From Octopus sinensis (Eukaryota), in the NCBI RefSeq assembly GCF_006345805.1, contig NC_042999.1, forward strand, positions 96,410,001 to 96,474,000: DNA of 64,000 nucleotides. The letters are read 5' to 3'. Under the pieces are notes generated by a model that saw only the letters and a list, made by a program, of their open reading frames with translations, made no database searches and was not told where the DNA came from. The position numbers and the translations under genes are program-made. Shown in pieces: positions 1 through 14,120 of this stretch (its first letter is position 1; each line of letters starts with the position of its first letter).

Positions 1-1400
1 TAGTTGTCAGCTCTGCTCAAGTTGTACTATGTATAGTATACAATCAGCTGAATGATAAGGTCCAACCTATCGATCCATCTTCCCAGCTACAGCATAATTT
101 CGCATATCTGAGGACCATACTGCACTATTCGTCTCGCATTGATGTATAGTATAGGATTCATTGTGATAGGTTGAAAATATTGTACACTCTCCATTGACGA
201 TCTTGTAGATCCGCAGAATTAGATGACTGCTACACTGGAGGCGGACAAGCTGAACTCAGAATGAAGCATTGCTGTTCCTCTACAATTAGTATGTTTGTGG
301 TCTGCATCCCAGCGCTGTGTTCGAGTACCAGTGATATTATTGCTTCTGTATTTGTTCTTTATGCTTTGGGCTGAGTGAGAGAGAGTTTTTAGGCTGATGC
401 CAAGGTAGTATTAATAGGTGTTGCATACGTGGCTGTATGTTAGGACGTAGATTTTTCATCTAATGACAAAGATTGCGCTGACTGAAACTCACTGCCATGC
501 AAACTAAGCTCATCGCATGTCCACATGGCTTTTCATACTTAGTTTGTCGTGTATTTTTCTAAGTGGTGTGTGTACTTGTCATGATGTGTAGAGAGACGTT
601 TGTGCATTTTACAGATCAATAAGAGAAGACTAAAGCCTTAGATAGATATGGTATAATCTACGATGAATCCAATGTATTCTTTTGATACCATAGTTGTTAT
701 TCCTTTCGGTTGACCAATTATGATACACAACATTGTTCTATGTATGTCTATGCTGTTTCTTTTTTCTTTACTATACTTACTATGTGTATTTGCTATAGAA
801 TTATGATTTCACTCATCTCCTAGGTTCTGGGCATTTGACAGTGCTGACGCGAAAAGTTGACAGTTGTTGGTGAGTACCGTGATCCTTCAGCCTTAGGTAT
901 TTAGGATTTCGACAAGTAAAAGTTATTTTTAGTTTAGATTTTTCATTGGGTATCTATCAAAGTCAAGGCCCAAATGCGAAATCGGAGATTGCTATAAGAA
1001 GTTAATGTCGTTTTGCCTCCTGTATATCTAGTATATCTAGTGTGTTATGAAGCGTATGAAGGAATTGCATGTTAGCCCTAGTATTTTTGTCTTTTGTATA
1101 AAAGGTATGTTTGTGTTACTGAATGTGACGGTTGGTTATATTTGATAGTCTCTGATAATACCTGTATGATGAAATTGTATTTGGTAGATGTAATTCTAAG
1201 AGTCAGTTTTGTAAATCATTTATGTAGTTGTGAGAAGAATGGTAGAATATGAGTGAGATGACATCTATGTATAACGCTGTCTGTAATAAGTTATTACTTT
1301 TCTGATGTCTGCATGAAAAAAAGGGTCATGTTCCGTGATAATCGTATTTCTCTTCCGTTTTTTTTCTTTTAGTGGTTGATATTCGAGGAATGTCTAAGAA
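1..1400 (-). mobile_element. Highly decayed non-LTR retrotransposon (possibly I/Nimb/Ingi group)
   Basis: Frameshifted minus-strand fragments resemble an APE endonuclease N-terminus (QL-INDLQN...ETIKYNQPSHS, ~1250-1050) and ORF2 C-terminal motifs (YVLTYS...PWHQP, NTAL-GC-QTTNI, ~460-250), in the expected order. Recognised by eye only. Confidence 0.35.
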
Positions 1401-1564
1401 CTTTTGCTTAGGGTAACAGAATGGGTATATTAATTGAAGGTGCTACTGTGAGTTTGGATGTGATATCACTGTTGTTGAAGATGATGCTAATTACTGTTTG
1501 CAGTATTTTTCTATTTGTTAATACAAATATATTCCAGTTGTTTTGTTTTTCTATTTCATTATTA

Positions 1565-1597
<33 letters not shown>

Positions 1598-1601
1598 TTG
1601 T

Positions 1602-1639
<38 letters not shown>

Positions 1640-1668
1640 TAGTAGTAGTAGTAGTAGTAGTAGTAGTA
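1565..1668. repeat. (TTG)n-(TAG)n compound microsatellite
   Basis: Directly visible; source of the poly-L/V ORF 1421..1642. Confidence 0.95.
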
Positions 1669-1956
1669 AAAGCTCTACCACTTTCTAAACTGCAAAATTG
1701 AATTGTGCATTGAAGAATGTCTTTGTACACTGTGCATCGTGAATGTCTCCTTCTCGATTAGTTCATTTTGACAGACATTGACCTCTCTTTGTTTTCCTTG
1801 TCAATGACTTTTCTTATCACTGATAAAGTAAATCTTGGAGCCACATCACCATTTAGTAGTTTTATAAATTAAATTGTTAATGCCGATTCTTATCTTAGTT
1901 TTTGTTGTTTGTTACAAACACTTCCCCCACCACTTTTTTTAATCTATCCTTCGGGG

Positions 1957-1996
<40 letters not shown>

Positions 1997-2409
1997 CGTT
2001 TCCAATATTGGAGAAACTCTCGAAATTGTTTCGCCACCAACGTGATCTATTCACTTCAATTGGATAGAGGTTATGTGGCATACTTTCAGAACTATTTTGA
2101 TGTAGTCTTTGTAGGTTTTTTTCAGCCTATCATGAAAAGCTGATCAACAGCAACTTCGCCGTGCAGAAATTATTCTTGGTACCCTAACTTCAAGTATTCT
2201 GATGTCTTAATCACTAAAACTATAATTCCAAAATGAATACCTCATCACTATTGGTATTCACTCTTATATAATGAAGTCAAATCAAGTCATGATATTTTGA
2301 AAGCATTTAATTTGTACATTTTGTCAAATTTCCCGTCCGTTAAGTTTTCATCTAGTTTGCTTTGCTTTCGTCTAACTTCTCTTGTTGTATTTTTTCTGTT
2401 CAACCCTTG

Positions 2410-2412
<3 letters not shown>

Positions 2413-2443
<31 letters not shown>

Positions 2444-2511
2444 ATATATATATTATATATATATATTATATATATATATATATAATATATATATATTATA
2501 TATATATATAT

Positions 2512-2543
<32 letters not shown>
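2413..2543. repeat. (TA)n microsatellite
   Basis: Directly visible. Confidence 0.97.
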
Positions 2544-2546
<3 letters not shown>

Positions 2547-3574
2547 GGTGGGGGGATGTATAGGACAGTGAAGTTACAATTTTGTATGAAGCCGGGACGT
2601 CCTCGCAGTCGAGCCAAATTTTTCAACAATCTTTTAAGTAATTTCATTCATACAAATCCTCTACGTTAACGTATTGTAGCTGCCACACTCCAGATAACAT
2701 TAAATGCTAGTCTGCTGAAATTGCTTTTGGCTTGTAAATTTTAGAAAACAGTTGCTGAATTGGAACCAGATTTGCTGTCCCTAGGACAAAACAAAAATAT
2801 TTCCTTGTGATACTAAAAAATGACTATATGAAATAAGTTTCACTATGAGTCATTTTCAACAACATCCAGATAAAATCCTCAAAGTATGCTCCCTCCACCC
2901 TCTGTGTTTGTGTTTGGGCTGAAAGTCTTAGAAATTCCTGCAGGTTCGTGGATCACCGGTTGTATTTGTAGTATTTGTTTTATATTTCCCCTTAAGATAA
3001 TCGTGTTGTCATAATAATTGTAAACGAAATACCAATGTCACAACAATATGATTAATGTTGATGACTAATATTTTATATAGAAGAAAATGCTGATGAGAAC
3101 TCGAGCCAATGAGTGACCCAACTTCTGTATGCGGAAGCTCAAATTGTTAGAAATAGCAGCTAAATATTTCTCAAAACAGACCACACCAGCTTGAAAAAAT
3201 GAATAAATAAATAAAATAATAAAAAGCAAGCAGAGAGAAAAGGAGAAAAAATTGAAATTTTGCTAATATAGTTTCATATATACGAAAAGTCACAGGGGTT
3301 CTGGTAACAGCCCCTTTGATCATGTCTGTTTGATCATGATTGACGTAGAGCTTAAACTGCAACAACACTTACAAAGTGATGACTAGCTCATGGTTTGTTG
3401 TGTTCATGTGTATGTGCATGTGTACATTTGGTGCCAATGCAGTAATGACTGCTGTTATTGCTGTGAGCTGCATAACATCGCATTGCTGAAATAAATATGA
3501 AGCAAGCGTGAAAATATGTAAACAATGGCTGAGATGAAGAAGAGAAAGTGAGTGAGAGTGAGGGGTGAGTTACT

Positions 3575-3900
3575 GTTGCCTAGCCTCAGGTCAACCCTAA
3601 TTGAAGAGACATGTGATCATCCATGAAATTCGGCTATTATTTTAGCAGGTTAAACGACCATGGAAAGGCTTCCTTTTGCAGTTGGTAGCAGCTGTTATCT
3701 AGCCCTAGGACAACCCTAATCAAGCAGACCTATGATCAAAAGTATACCAGCAATAACTATCTCATCTTTTCTCTATTTGCAAAGAATCCAGGGCCATATT
3801 TTTCAACTTGCTCTTTTCTAAGACAGTGAAATATATTTAATAGAGATTTGTCTGCTATTTCTAGCAGGTTGGTCGAGCACGTTGAGGTTCCTTCGTTGGC
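3575..3900 (-). mobile_element. Abundant short interspersed repeat (here called family C), two partial copies
   Basis: Contains gcagacctatgatcaaa and gctatttctagcagg, which recur (as reverse complements) at about 16920, 19750, 22870, 23640, 24440, 47860 and 50190, and in this same orientation at about 4150, 4800, 20330 and 44470. Confidence 0.7.
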
Positions 3901-5080
3901 TTGTCGTGGTGGGATGGTATTCACCACTATACTAATTATAAACACTAGTGATTACTAGTAGTAATGATTACTAAAACAATCAGTGATGATGGATAATGTG
4001 GCTGCCACATTGGTAGTTATTGTGGTGATTGTAATGACAGCTCGGTGAGGTCTAATAGTGATTGATGAGTGACATGTTGAAAGTTGATTGATGATGGTCA
4101 GAAGAGTTGTGCTGGGCGTAAAACTAATTGTAATGACAGTAGTGATAATAGTTTTACAGGATGTTGTTGTTTATACCCAAACCTATGATCAAAGGCTCAC
4201 CAACGTGACAATCATGATTTGTGGTATCGCTCTTTATTAAAGGCTATGGTGTGAAGGAAAATTAGCTGCTCTTTTTGGTCGAACACCACGAAGAGGTGGT
4301 TCTCTTGTAAGTTCGTTGGCGGACTTATTGTTATTCTTATTTTTGCTTTTGCACTATTTCAGTTCTAACTGAGCAGACCAATAAGGATTTCAGATTTTGG
4401 TACAGGGGAGGGTGGAGTCAATTACTTTGACCCGAGTACTTGACTGGTACTAGTCTTATCAACCCCGAAATATATTGAAAGGCAAAGTCGATCTCAGTAG
4501 TATTTGAATTCAAAACATGTAAACGAACGAAATGTGGCTAAGCATTTTGTCCGGCGTGCTAACGATTCTGCCACCCTACCGCATTGAGCAAACCCATAAT
4601 GAAAAGTGCTTCCTCCGTAACCATCTCACCATTCCTTTTATAGCTAACACTAAATTTTGTATATCTAGGATTTTATAAATGTATATTATATGATATATGT
4701 GTGCCCCCCCCCAACACACACACACTCACGCACGCACACACACACACACACAATAACGTGTCCTTCTTTTTTAAGACGTAGAGTGTGGTGTGAGGGGATT
4801 TTACTGTGAGTTCAAGCAGGTCGAACCTCTCTCGTTTGGCGCGTTGTTGATGATGATGATGTTGTAACTAATGCTTCGTCCGAGATCAGTTCTTAGTGAT
4901 CAGGTCTATAGTCTAAAACGTTCCAACTGTGACTATTCTGGGAATAATATATACGAAATAAAATAGTCCCAGACATTATCTGGGACCATATTATTTCGTT
5001 CATTTCATAAGTTGGATAGTGTGAGATTTAAATGAAGTTTGTTGTTATTTCTTGATGGTTGGGCTCATTATATCAGGTCA

Positions 5081-5433
5081 GGCTTGATTGATAATAACAA
5101 TTTAAGGCACTCCATCCGTGACCATTGCATCTTATCACCAACTACGTTATGCAGTATGGTCTTTCTGTTGTTAATGATGGCTTAAGTATTGATAATAACA
5201 AGGCTTGATAGTTAAAAACAATTTAAGGCAATCCATCCGTGACCATTGCATCTTATCACCAACTACCTTATGCAGTACGGTCTTTCTGTTGTTAATGATG
5301 GCTTAAGTATTGATAATAACAAGGCTTGATTGATTATAACAACTTAAGGCACTCCATCCGTGACCATTGCATCTTATCACCAACTACGTTATGCAGTACG
5401 GTCTTTCTGTTGTCGATGATGGCTTAAGTATTG
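5081..5433. repeat. Tandem repeat, 121-bp unit, about 2.9 copies
   Basis: The unit ggcttgattgataataacaatttaaggcactccatccgtgaccattgc...ggcttaagtatt starts at 5081, 5202 and 5323 with only a few substitutions. Confidence 0.92.
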
Positions 5434-5615
5434 TTGGTGCTGTTTAGCTCCAGGGTAGCCTTAATTAAAGACTTTCCAGTCGTGATCCTCCTGTTTATTT
5501 ATCTAGAACTATATATTATGTAACGTATCGTGCTAATGTCGTCGTCAGTGTTTCTTGATAGTGTTTACTGACGATGGCAGTGTGACAGTAGCAGAAAATG
5601 CTAGGCTGGCGACAA

Positions 5616-5830
5616 AGCGGCGGCGGCGGTGGTGGTGGTGGTGGTGGTGGTGGTGGCGGCGGCGGCGGCGGCTGCGATGGCGGTGGTGGTGGTGGTGGTG
5701 GTGGTTGTGGTGGTGGTGGTGGTGGTGGTGGTAGTGGTGGTGGTGATGGTGGTGGTGGTGGTGGTGATGGTGGCGGCGGCGGCGGCGGTGGTGGTGGCGG
5801 TGGTGGTGGCGGTGGTGGTGGCGTTGGTGG
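5616..5830. repeat. (GGT/GGC)n trinucleotide repeat
   Basis: Directly visible; source of the poly-Gly/poly-Val ORFs. Confidence 0.95.
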
Positions 5831-6161
5831 TTATATGTTGATTAGAGTGATGCTGATAGTGCTGACGTGGTAGTGTTGGTGGTGATGATGTTGGTGGTGG
5901 TGGTCTGGGTATGCTGTTAGTAGTAGGCGGGTGGATATCATTGGAATGTCAGGGATTAAGTGCAGATCAAAATATCAGGATCAGTATCTATTATTCCTTT
6001 TCCTTCTAATTTAGAATATTCCAAGATGGAATGTGTGGAGCGGGGTGGTGAAGGTGGTGGTAGTAGTGGTGATAGTTTTGAAGAGTGTGATGTTGGTTTA
6101 TATTTCTGGAAAGGGTAAATGCGCACAAATACAGACATTTAGACACAGAAAAAAAACTGAT

Positions 6162-6349
6162 GGGTAGGTAGGTAGGTAGGTAGGTAGGTAGGTAGGTAGG
6201 TAGGTATGTAAATAGGTAGGTAGGTAGGTAGTTAAGTCTGTTGATGGATAGGTGGATAGATGGATAGTTAGATAGATGGATGGATAGGTAGCTGGATGGA
6301 TAGATAGGCAGATAGATGGATAGTTAGATAGATAGACAGACAGACAGAC

Positions 6350-6389
<40 letters not shown>

Positions 6390-6465
6390 GGATAGATAGA
6401 TAGACAGACAGACAGACAGGCAGATAGATAGATAGATAGACACACAGACAGACAGACAGACAGAC

Positions 6466-6517
<52 letters not shown>

Positions 6518-6586
6518 GATGGATGGATGGATAGATAGATAGATAGATAAATAAACAGAAAGATAGATAGATAGATAGATAGATAG

Positions 6587-6627
<41 letters not shown>

Positions 6628-6670
6628 GATGGATGGATGGATAGATAGATAGATAGATAGATAAATAAAC

Positions 6671-6750
<80 letters not shown>

Positions 6751-6770
6751 GGATAGATAGATAGACAGAC

Positions 6771-6820
<50 letters not shown>
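6162..6820. repeat. (GGTA)n/(GATA)n/(GACA)n compound tetranucleotide array with an internal duplicated block
   Basis: Directly visible. The block gatgatggatggatgg...ataaataaacagaaag occurs twice (about 6515 and 6625). Confidence 0.95.
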
Positions 6821-7338
6821 ACATGTGGGAAGACAAGCTAGCAGATGGAAGGTAAGTGGACGGACGGACGGACGGACGAATAAATGAAGAGGCATACTTT
6901 TTCTTCACAATGAAAATATCAACTCCTTCTATCAGTTGTAGGTAGGGATGGAAGCAGAAGAAAGCAGACAAACCGATAGACAATGATACACAGGTAGTCA
7001 GAAACACAGAGGGTGAGAGAGAAGCGAGAAAAGAATGATTCGTCGTGTGGTGTGGGGTAATTTTAGCCGCTATCATACAACTCTTGTCTCCTACTCACTT
7101 TTTTTTTTTCTCTCTACCCCTCTCTCCCTAAATCTCAAGTATTCCCAAAGGATTAAGGGAAATGAAAGCAAGAGCCAACAGAGCATTTGCAGGTGTTCTG
7201 ATGCTACCTCAGTCCACCCTCCGTTAGCATTCCACCCACCAACATAATTACCATCTACCCTCCCTCTGTCTATTTTAATATCACTGTCTAGTTCTCTTCC
7301 TATCTTTCGCTATCACTCCTTCGCTACCAATACGTTCT

Positions 7339-7375
<37 letters not shown>

Positions 7376-7554
7376 CTTCACTCCTCCCACCTCTTTATTC
7401 GGCCTCTCCTCTTTCCTCACATCTCCAACACTCCCTTCCTCCTTCTGTCCTAGTCTATCTCATCAATAGACAAGTCTGGTTGTTACGGTAAAAAAGGTGG
7501 TTTGTTGTGACATAATGTTGAGTAGTGGGAGGTTATTAGTGACATTCTATAAAT

Positions 7555-7610
<56 letters not shown>

Positions 7611-8639
7611 GTTTGCGTGCGTGTGTGTGCATGTGTTTGTGTGTATGTGTGCGTGTGTGTGTGTGTACGTGTATTCATGTATATATATATCTATTTATGT
7701 ATGTATACACACATGTGCGTGATTCTATATATGTGTGTATATCTCCACACACATACACACACACACATATATATATATACACACGTGTATGTGTGTGTGT
7801 GTGTGGCAGTCCAGTGATCTCAAGTTCATTGCAAGATAGTGATGACTCATCTACTCAGACAGCGTGTGCAGTAAAATATACATACATATACATTCGCACA
7901 AACAGACGTGCACACACACACACATACACACAGACATGCATACACACACTTGCTCACACAAACATTTGTGTTTGATGCTAAAAACAATATAACATAGCAT
8001 CAAACGTTGTTGTGAAGATAGTTTGAATTCTTAGTGGATATTTCACCGCAGCAGCACTGATCACAGTGTATTGAAATTATGTATACGTACACACATAGAC
8101 ATTGACAAACACACGCATGAGTTCGCACACGACCACGTTCCACAAGAAACGTACATGATTACAAATATACATAGACACACATATAAACCTGTGTACATAC
8201 AATGGGAAACGTATCTAAATTTATGCATGTAATCATCTTAAGCAAATTGCTTTCACCAACAGATTCGCGCGTGCACATAAAGCAATTGCATTAAATTTAC
8301 CCTTTTCAGAGAATCGCGCGAAGAATGGTTCAATGTGCACCTGCGTCACTATCAATAACACTCCTCAGATGAAATTTTAAAACAGGTTTTCTCTCTCCAC
8401 CACTCAGCACAAGGCCATAACAACACGACACTACACAACATATTCTCTCGTTTTCTCACAAGGACACATAGTTACACACACATACACACACACACACACA
8501 CATAAAGAGTCACACACTCAAACATAGACATTATCCCACACTCAGACATAGGCATTACATACAACACACACACACGAATATAAACTAGCCAACAAACACA
8601 AGCAACAGAAAATTACAAATAATACTTCAACACACAATA

Positions 8640-9600
8640 CTCCATAATATATACAATCAGCACAACACTGGTGACATCACAACCACACTTTATCAGCGGC
8701 AGTTGTAGTAGAACATAGCTTAGACAACACGTTGAAACAATGCCACTTCGACAATACACATGTCACAACAATAACACGTTATGTAGGAAAAAATATCAAC
8801 GTTTTACATGATAGCACATGACAGGACATACAACAAATCGTGACAACAAAATAACTCAATACATTATGACAACACAGCAACAAATCGTGGTAACACAATC
8901 ACAGTTGAGAGCGCAGCAAAATAACACGATCTGCATATGACAACGTAGCAACACAACACAAACACAACGTGGCAACATAAAGTAGCGGCAAAACTTGATA
9001 ACACAACATCACCGGTAGTCACTCGAATGACAACCAAATCTCTCTCAAATCCGCTTTACTGTTTTGACAGACTGGATTATGTAGCCAGGTAACAGTATAG
9101 GAAAATGGTTGTGTTGGTCATGGCTGGAATGTATTTTGTTATATATCTACATCTGCTTAGTTGATAAAACAAAGCAACTGTCAACATCGCGACATGTCAA
9201 CACAGCAACATAACACGGTAAAACAACACACTTCAACACAACACATGTCTATACTGCATGCCCATGGCAATATAGCATCACAACACACAGCAACACAGCA
9301 CATAACGTAGCAGCATAACAACACACTAATACAACATATCACATCACAATACAACACACAGCAACACAACACGCAGCAACACAAATAACTACATTGCAGA
9401 ACAATACATATCAATACAGCAAGAAAACATGTCAACACCACAGTAAATGACAACCTAGGAACACAATGCATAACCGGACAATACAACCCATGACTACACA
9501 GTACATTGAAAGTATTAAAAACAGTGACGCGACACACTTCATTACAGTAGCACAAGAAACATATGATTCAGTAATACAACCAAGATAACTCAGCCAAGTT
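8640..9600. repeat. Degenerate ACA/ACAAC-rich low-complexity tract
   Basis: Recurrent caacac/cagcaacac/acataac motifs; source of the Cys-rich minus-strand ORFs. Confidence 0.7.
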
Positions 9601-10220
9601 CTCTCTGATAACAACCTGTGTTTATTTTGTTTACATAAAATTGAGCTAAGGGAAACAACTCAATCACTTTAATTAAACATGGCGATTACTGTTATCAACG
9701 AACCTCATTTTTCAATCTAGTATTTACTACGTCAGTCAGTTTTTACTGCAACTGTTATATAATGACCATGGCAATGAAAGGCAGAATCCAGCAGTATTTA
9801 TCTTTATAAGAATTAGTGAACCAACGATAGAAACTTCTATGGTGCGACTCAAATGCTAGAAATATCAGCCAGATTTTCTTCGAAGCAAGCATTACCATCT
9901 CAAAGACGGAAGTACATATACTCTCTGGAAAATAAGATGAGTGAAATGTTTGCTCGAGCAGGGCTGACATGTGTAGGACGAGGGGAAGGTAAACGACGAC
10001 AATAAATACTATAGAATATAAGCAATTATGTTTACCACATCAAAAACTAGTGTTTGCTATTTTAAGCACAAGTGTTTACTACATCGAAACCAGATTAGTG
10101 TTTCTTACAGCAAATAATATTTATTCACACAGCAACCAGTGCTAATACAGAAAGATAACAGTTGTGCGCGCGCGCGCGCGTGTGTGTGCGTGAGAGGGAG
10201 AGAGAGTGTGTGTGTGTGTA

Positions 10221-10278
<58 letters not shown>

Positions 10279-11774
10279 GGTGTTCATTGTGATTGACTCA
10301 GTAAAGAACCAGTGTTGGCTCTGGTAATGATCGTTGTTCCTTACCTGGATCGAGCAACTAAAAACCAAAGCACCGTAGACGAGTAAATTTCGTCCTAACC
10401 ATGTTCTTTCTTTAAATCTCGTTCAAAACAGAGTTTTCCTTCCACAGGATGAGAAAAATCGATAAAGTCTACATACTGATCATAGTTCATTAAATTAAAT
10501 ATGTTCTCTCTGACAAAAGGAATCTTTTATTAATAATAATGTAATCGACCAGCGTGAAAAAGAAAACCTGTAACTATCAAGAGGGCTGAAGATCGACAAC
10601 AACTGATTGGAAGTGCCCATGACCATTCACAGACCCTCTGGTACCAGTGGGCGGAAGGAAGGTATCCTCAAAAGAGAAACTTGGCCCGAATGCTTTGCAA
10701 GAGAGTCAACTCCGCTAAAGGCATCCAACGTAGCAGGTGATGGTGTTAAATTTGGCAACGGATTAAGTCTATCACCCAAATAGGCCACAATGAGATTTGA
10801 ACTCAGAATGCAAAGAGCCGGAACAAACACCTCAAGGCACCCAGTCCGACATTCTTACAGTCGCCCTGGATTAGTATGTTTTGGTTGATTTCAAAAAAGT
10901 GAAAAACAAAGTTGGCTTTGACAGGGCTTGAACTCAAAGTGCCAAGTGTCAGAACATTCTATCTAACGCTCTAACAACTCTGCCAAATCACCGCCATAAT
11001 TAAAATCGCTTACGGTCAGAGTTCAAATACCATCAAAGTTATTAAAATTAGTATCACAAACTGCGGATTGTTGGGTGGACTGAATGGACTGATAAATTTG
11101 CATTATTTTTGTATAAATAACGAAGGAGCATCTATAGGATAACTTTGACCTGCTATCACTAACCAACAAATTTCCCTAAGATCACATCCTACCGTCTTCA
11201 AGATGGAAGGCCACAGCAGACAATGCAATACTAAAAAAGTCGGAGAGGGGCGACGGAATGTGTTTTGAAGACAACTTTGATCATAAAATCTGTTCAGTCA
11301 AAGATTAAACATGTTCAATATGAGGAATCATTATCACACTCCTTAAAGACAGTGAGCTGACAGAATCGTTGGAATCGGAAAAAAAAAAAACACCTTGCGA
11401 CAATCGTTCCGCTTATTCAAATCCTGCCGGTGGACGATCTGATCGACTAATTCTCTTCCCTATAAAACCACTGTGCTAGTGCTTAAATCAAAAACTATTG
11501 TAATGTTATATAATTTGAAGGATAGTGTTCAAACCAAAACCATGTGTCTACATCAAATAATAATACTTTTACAACCACCACCACTACACCATGCTTATTA
11601 ATATGTTGCAATCCTACCCCTTCCTATATACCTCCAGCGTATACTCTGATTAATTCCTCAGTTTGGAATGCGATATGTCAGAGGCCGAGAGAGGAAGGAT
11701 GTTCTGCTTAATTGGGCGAGCACTTGATCTCCCACATTCACGGCTTTACACTTACAATACTCCCACACTCTCTC

Positions 11775-11825
<51 letters not shown>

Positions 11826-12076
11826 TGGGCGCGCGATTACATAACCGCACTCTCCAATTTCACTCTCGTACACGCAAGTACACACACACACACACTCGCG
11901 CGCGCGCACACACACATACACACACATGGTGAAAGATGTGAAAGTTAGGGTCAAATGCCAAATGTTCACACAAGGTTTGTTTACATAGGAATGCAATGTA
12001 GGTTGCTCTGTGTTGGCGCATACACACAGATACAGACAAAGACGCACATATACACAAACATTGATTATATATATAT

Positions 12077-12119
<43 letters not shown>

Positions 12120-12390
12120 TTTACATGCGAACACACACACGGACACACTCACATTCATCATTCATAGATGCAAGTATTTACACGCAGAAGTGTTTACATC
12201 TAGCGTAAATCCATGCACAAGATAGAAAAGATGTAAGCTCGCACGCAGATATAGATTAGAAGGAAGGAGGCAGACAGACGTAACCAAAGAGGTTTACCTA
12301 AGTTTGAGTGAAGCAGACAACACATGTCTGTTGATGCCAAACTGTATAAACAAAATACTTCTTATTTCAATATATATATATATATATATA

Positions 12391-12758
12391 GGCGGAGATG
12401 TGTATGTGGGGCAAGAAGCTTGTTTCCCAACCACATGGTTCCGAGCTCTGTCTCACTGGGTGGCACATTGGGCAAGTGTCCTCTACTATAGTCTCGAGTC
12501 GACCAAAGCTTTGTCAGTGGATTTGGTAGACGGAAACTGAAAGAAGCCCGTCGAATAAATATATTTGTGTGTGTGTTTGTCTCCCTCGCCATCGCTTGAC
12601 AATCAATGCTGGTGTGTTTACGTTCCTGTAACCTAGCAATTCAGCAAAATGGACCAATAAAAATAAGTCCTAGGATCGATTTGTTTGACTAAAGGCGGTG
12701 CTCCAGTATGACCTCAGTCAAATGACTAAAACAAGTAAAGGAATAAAAGAAAAGAATA
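12391..12758 (+). mobile_element. tRNA-derived SINE (family B), near full length
   Basis: tRNA-like head (ggcggagatgtgtatgtggggcaagaagc...ggttccgagctctgtctc), core ggatttggtagacggaaactgaaagaagcccgtcg and tail aaggcggtgctccagtatg...aaacaagtaaaggaataaaag. Matching copies lie elsewhere in the window. Confidence 0.85.
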
Positions 12759-12811
12759 GTGGAGAATAGACACACAAAAACATATATTCATACATACATA
12801 CACATACATAT

Positions 12812-13020
12812 AAGGCGACCTGTCAGAATGGTTAGCTCTCCGGACAAAATGCTCAGCGGCATTTCGTCTGCCTTTAGGGTCTGAGTTCGAAATCCGCCGA
12901 TGTCGGCTTTGCCTTTCAATATTTTCGGGGTCGATAAAATAAGCACCAGTTAAACAATGGAGTTAGTGTAATCAACTTAACCTCTCTCTCAAATACCCGG
13001 CCTTGTGTCAAAATTTTGAA
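12812..13020 (+). mobile_element. tRNA-derived SINE (family A)
   Basis: aaggcg...cagaatggttagc...ctgagttcgaaatccgccga...gcctttca...ttcggggtcgataaaataag, with A/B-box-like motifs. Many copies occur in the window. Confidence 0.82.
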
Positions 13021-13052
13021 CACACACACACGCACATACACACACACACACA

Positions 13053-13093
<41 letters not shown>

Positions 13094-14076
13094 CTTTTAC
13101 TTGTTTCAATTATAAGACTTCGGCCATACTGGGGTACCATCTTGAAGAATTTTTAGTCAAATGAATTGACCCCAATATTTTTTTCATATTAAAGCCTGGT
13201 ACTTATTCTATATCGAATTCTTATACCGAACTGCTATGTTATGAGGACGTAAACAAACCAACACCGGTTGTCAAGTAGTGTGGGTGGGGACAGATACAAA
13301 ACACCCCCTACACACACACACACAAATGGTCACCCTTCGCTTGCAAAGACGACCAGTTTGACCCTTTCTTTAGCACCCCTTCCCTACGATAAAACTGCCG
13401 AAGTGATGCTATTTCATTGTCACAGAGACATGATTACCCGACAGTGGGTGGGGCATCGAAAGGTTTGCCGCCTGCTTATGGTTTGAACAAATTCGAGTCC
13501 CAACTTGCGTCGAACATCGATTATAATAATGAGATGTGGGGTGCACTGTATATTTAGCTTCGTTCGGGTTGCTGAAATGTTCCTGACTTTAAGGATCTCA
13601 CGAAAGGTTTAATCGGATGCCCAACCTTCCGAGTTCTCTTATAGGGCTTAGAAAACTGAAGGACCGCTGCAATAAGTGTGTGACTCTGAGAGGGGAATAT
13701 GTTGAATAAAGTCATAATTAACTAATCCTCCTTTACTTTATCCAGAGCCAGGAACTTTTCAGTACCCCCTCGTGTGTGTGTATGTGTGTGTGTGCATTCC
13801 ACAAGTCACCTTTGAGACAAAAGAAGACACCCCGACCCCGGATGCGATCCTAGATAAGGGTTAAGCAGACCACTGGGACTAAACATCAATAATTATACAT
13901 ATATACACTAAATTATTTCAATCAGTGAAATAATTTACACAAACACATGTACACCGTTGTCTGGAAATGCATTCACCTTTTCTCCGTCTCTTCTCTATCC
14001 TTGTTTTGTAGGTGCGTGTACCAGTATGTCGGCGTATGAAACATAAACACACAAATGCACACACACACACACACAC

Positions 14077-14120
<44 letters not shown>

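Noticed and set aside
5081-5433. Possible CRISPR-like array
   Set aside because: Eukaryotic DNA, and the units are contiguous 121-bp duplicates with no unique spacers.
5598-5873. Gly-rich ORF
   Set aside because: Translation of a (GGT/GGC)n microsatellite.
6098-7076. Long IYLS-repeat ORFs (250-265 aa)
   Set aside because: Translation of (GATA)n arrays; the same applies to the YI, HT, CV, ER, poly-S and poly-L ORFs throughout the track.
9181-9614. Cys-rich ORFs resembling metallothionein or keratin-associated proteins
   Set aside because: Reverse complement of an ACAAC-rich low-complexity tract; no real gene structure.
10345-10509. Minus-strand exon-like segment (acceptor ttttgtcag, donor CAG|GTAAGG) as a possible C-peptide exon
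   Set aside because: In the required phase 1 it stops after six codons (ERTYLI*), and no frame resembles an insulin C peptide or A chain.
12812-12900. tRNA-like sequences with A/B boxes (also at 17476, 49674, 49901)
   Set aside because: These are SINE heads: no complete cloverleaf, and they continue directly into the SINE body.
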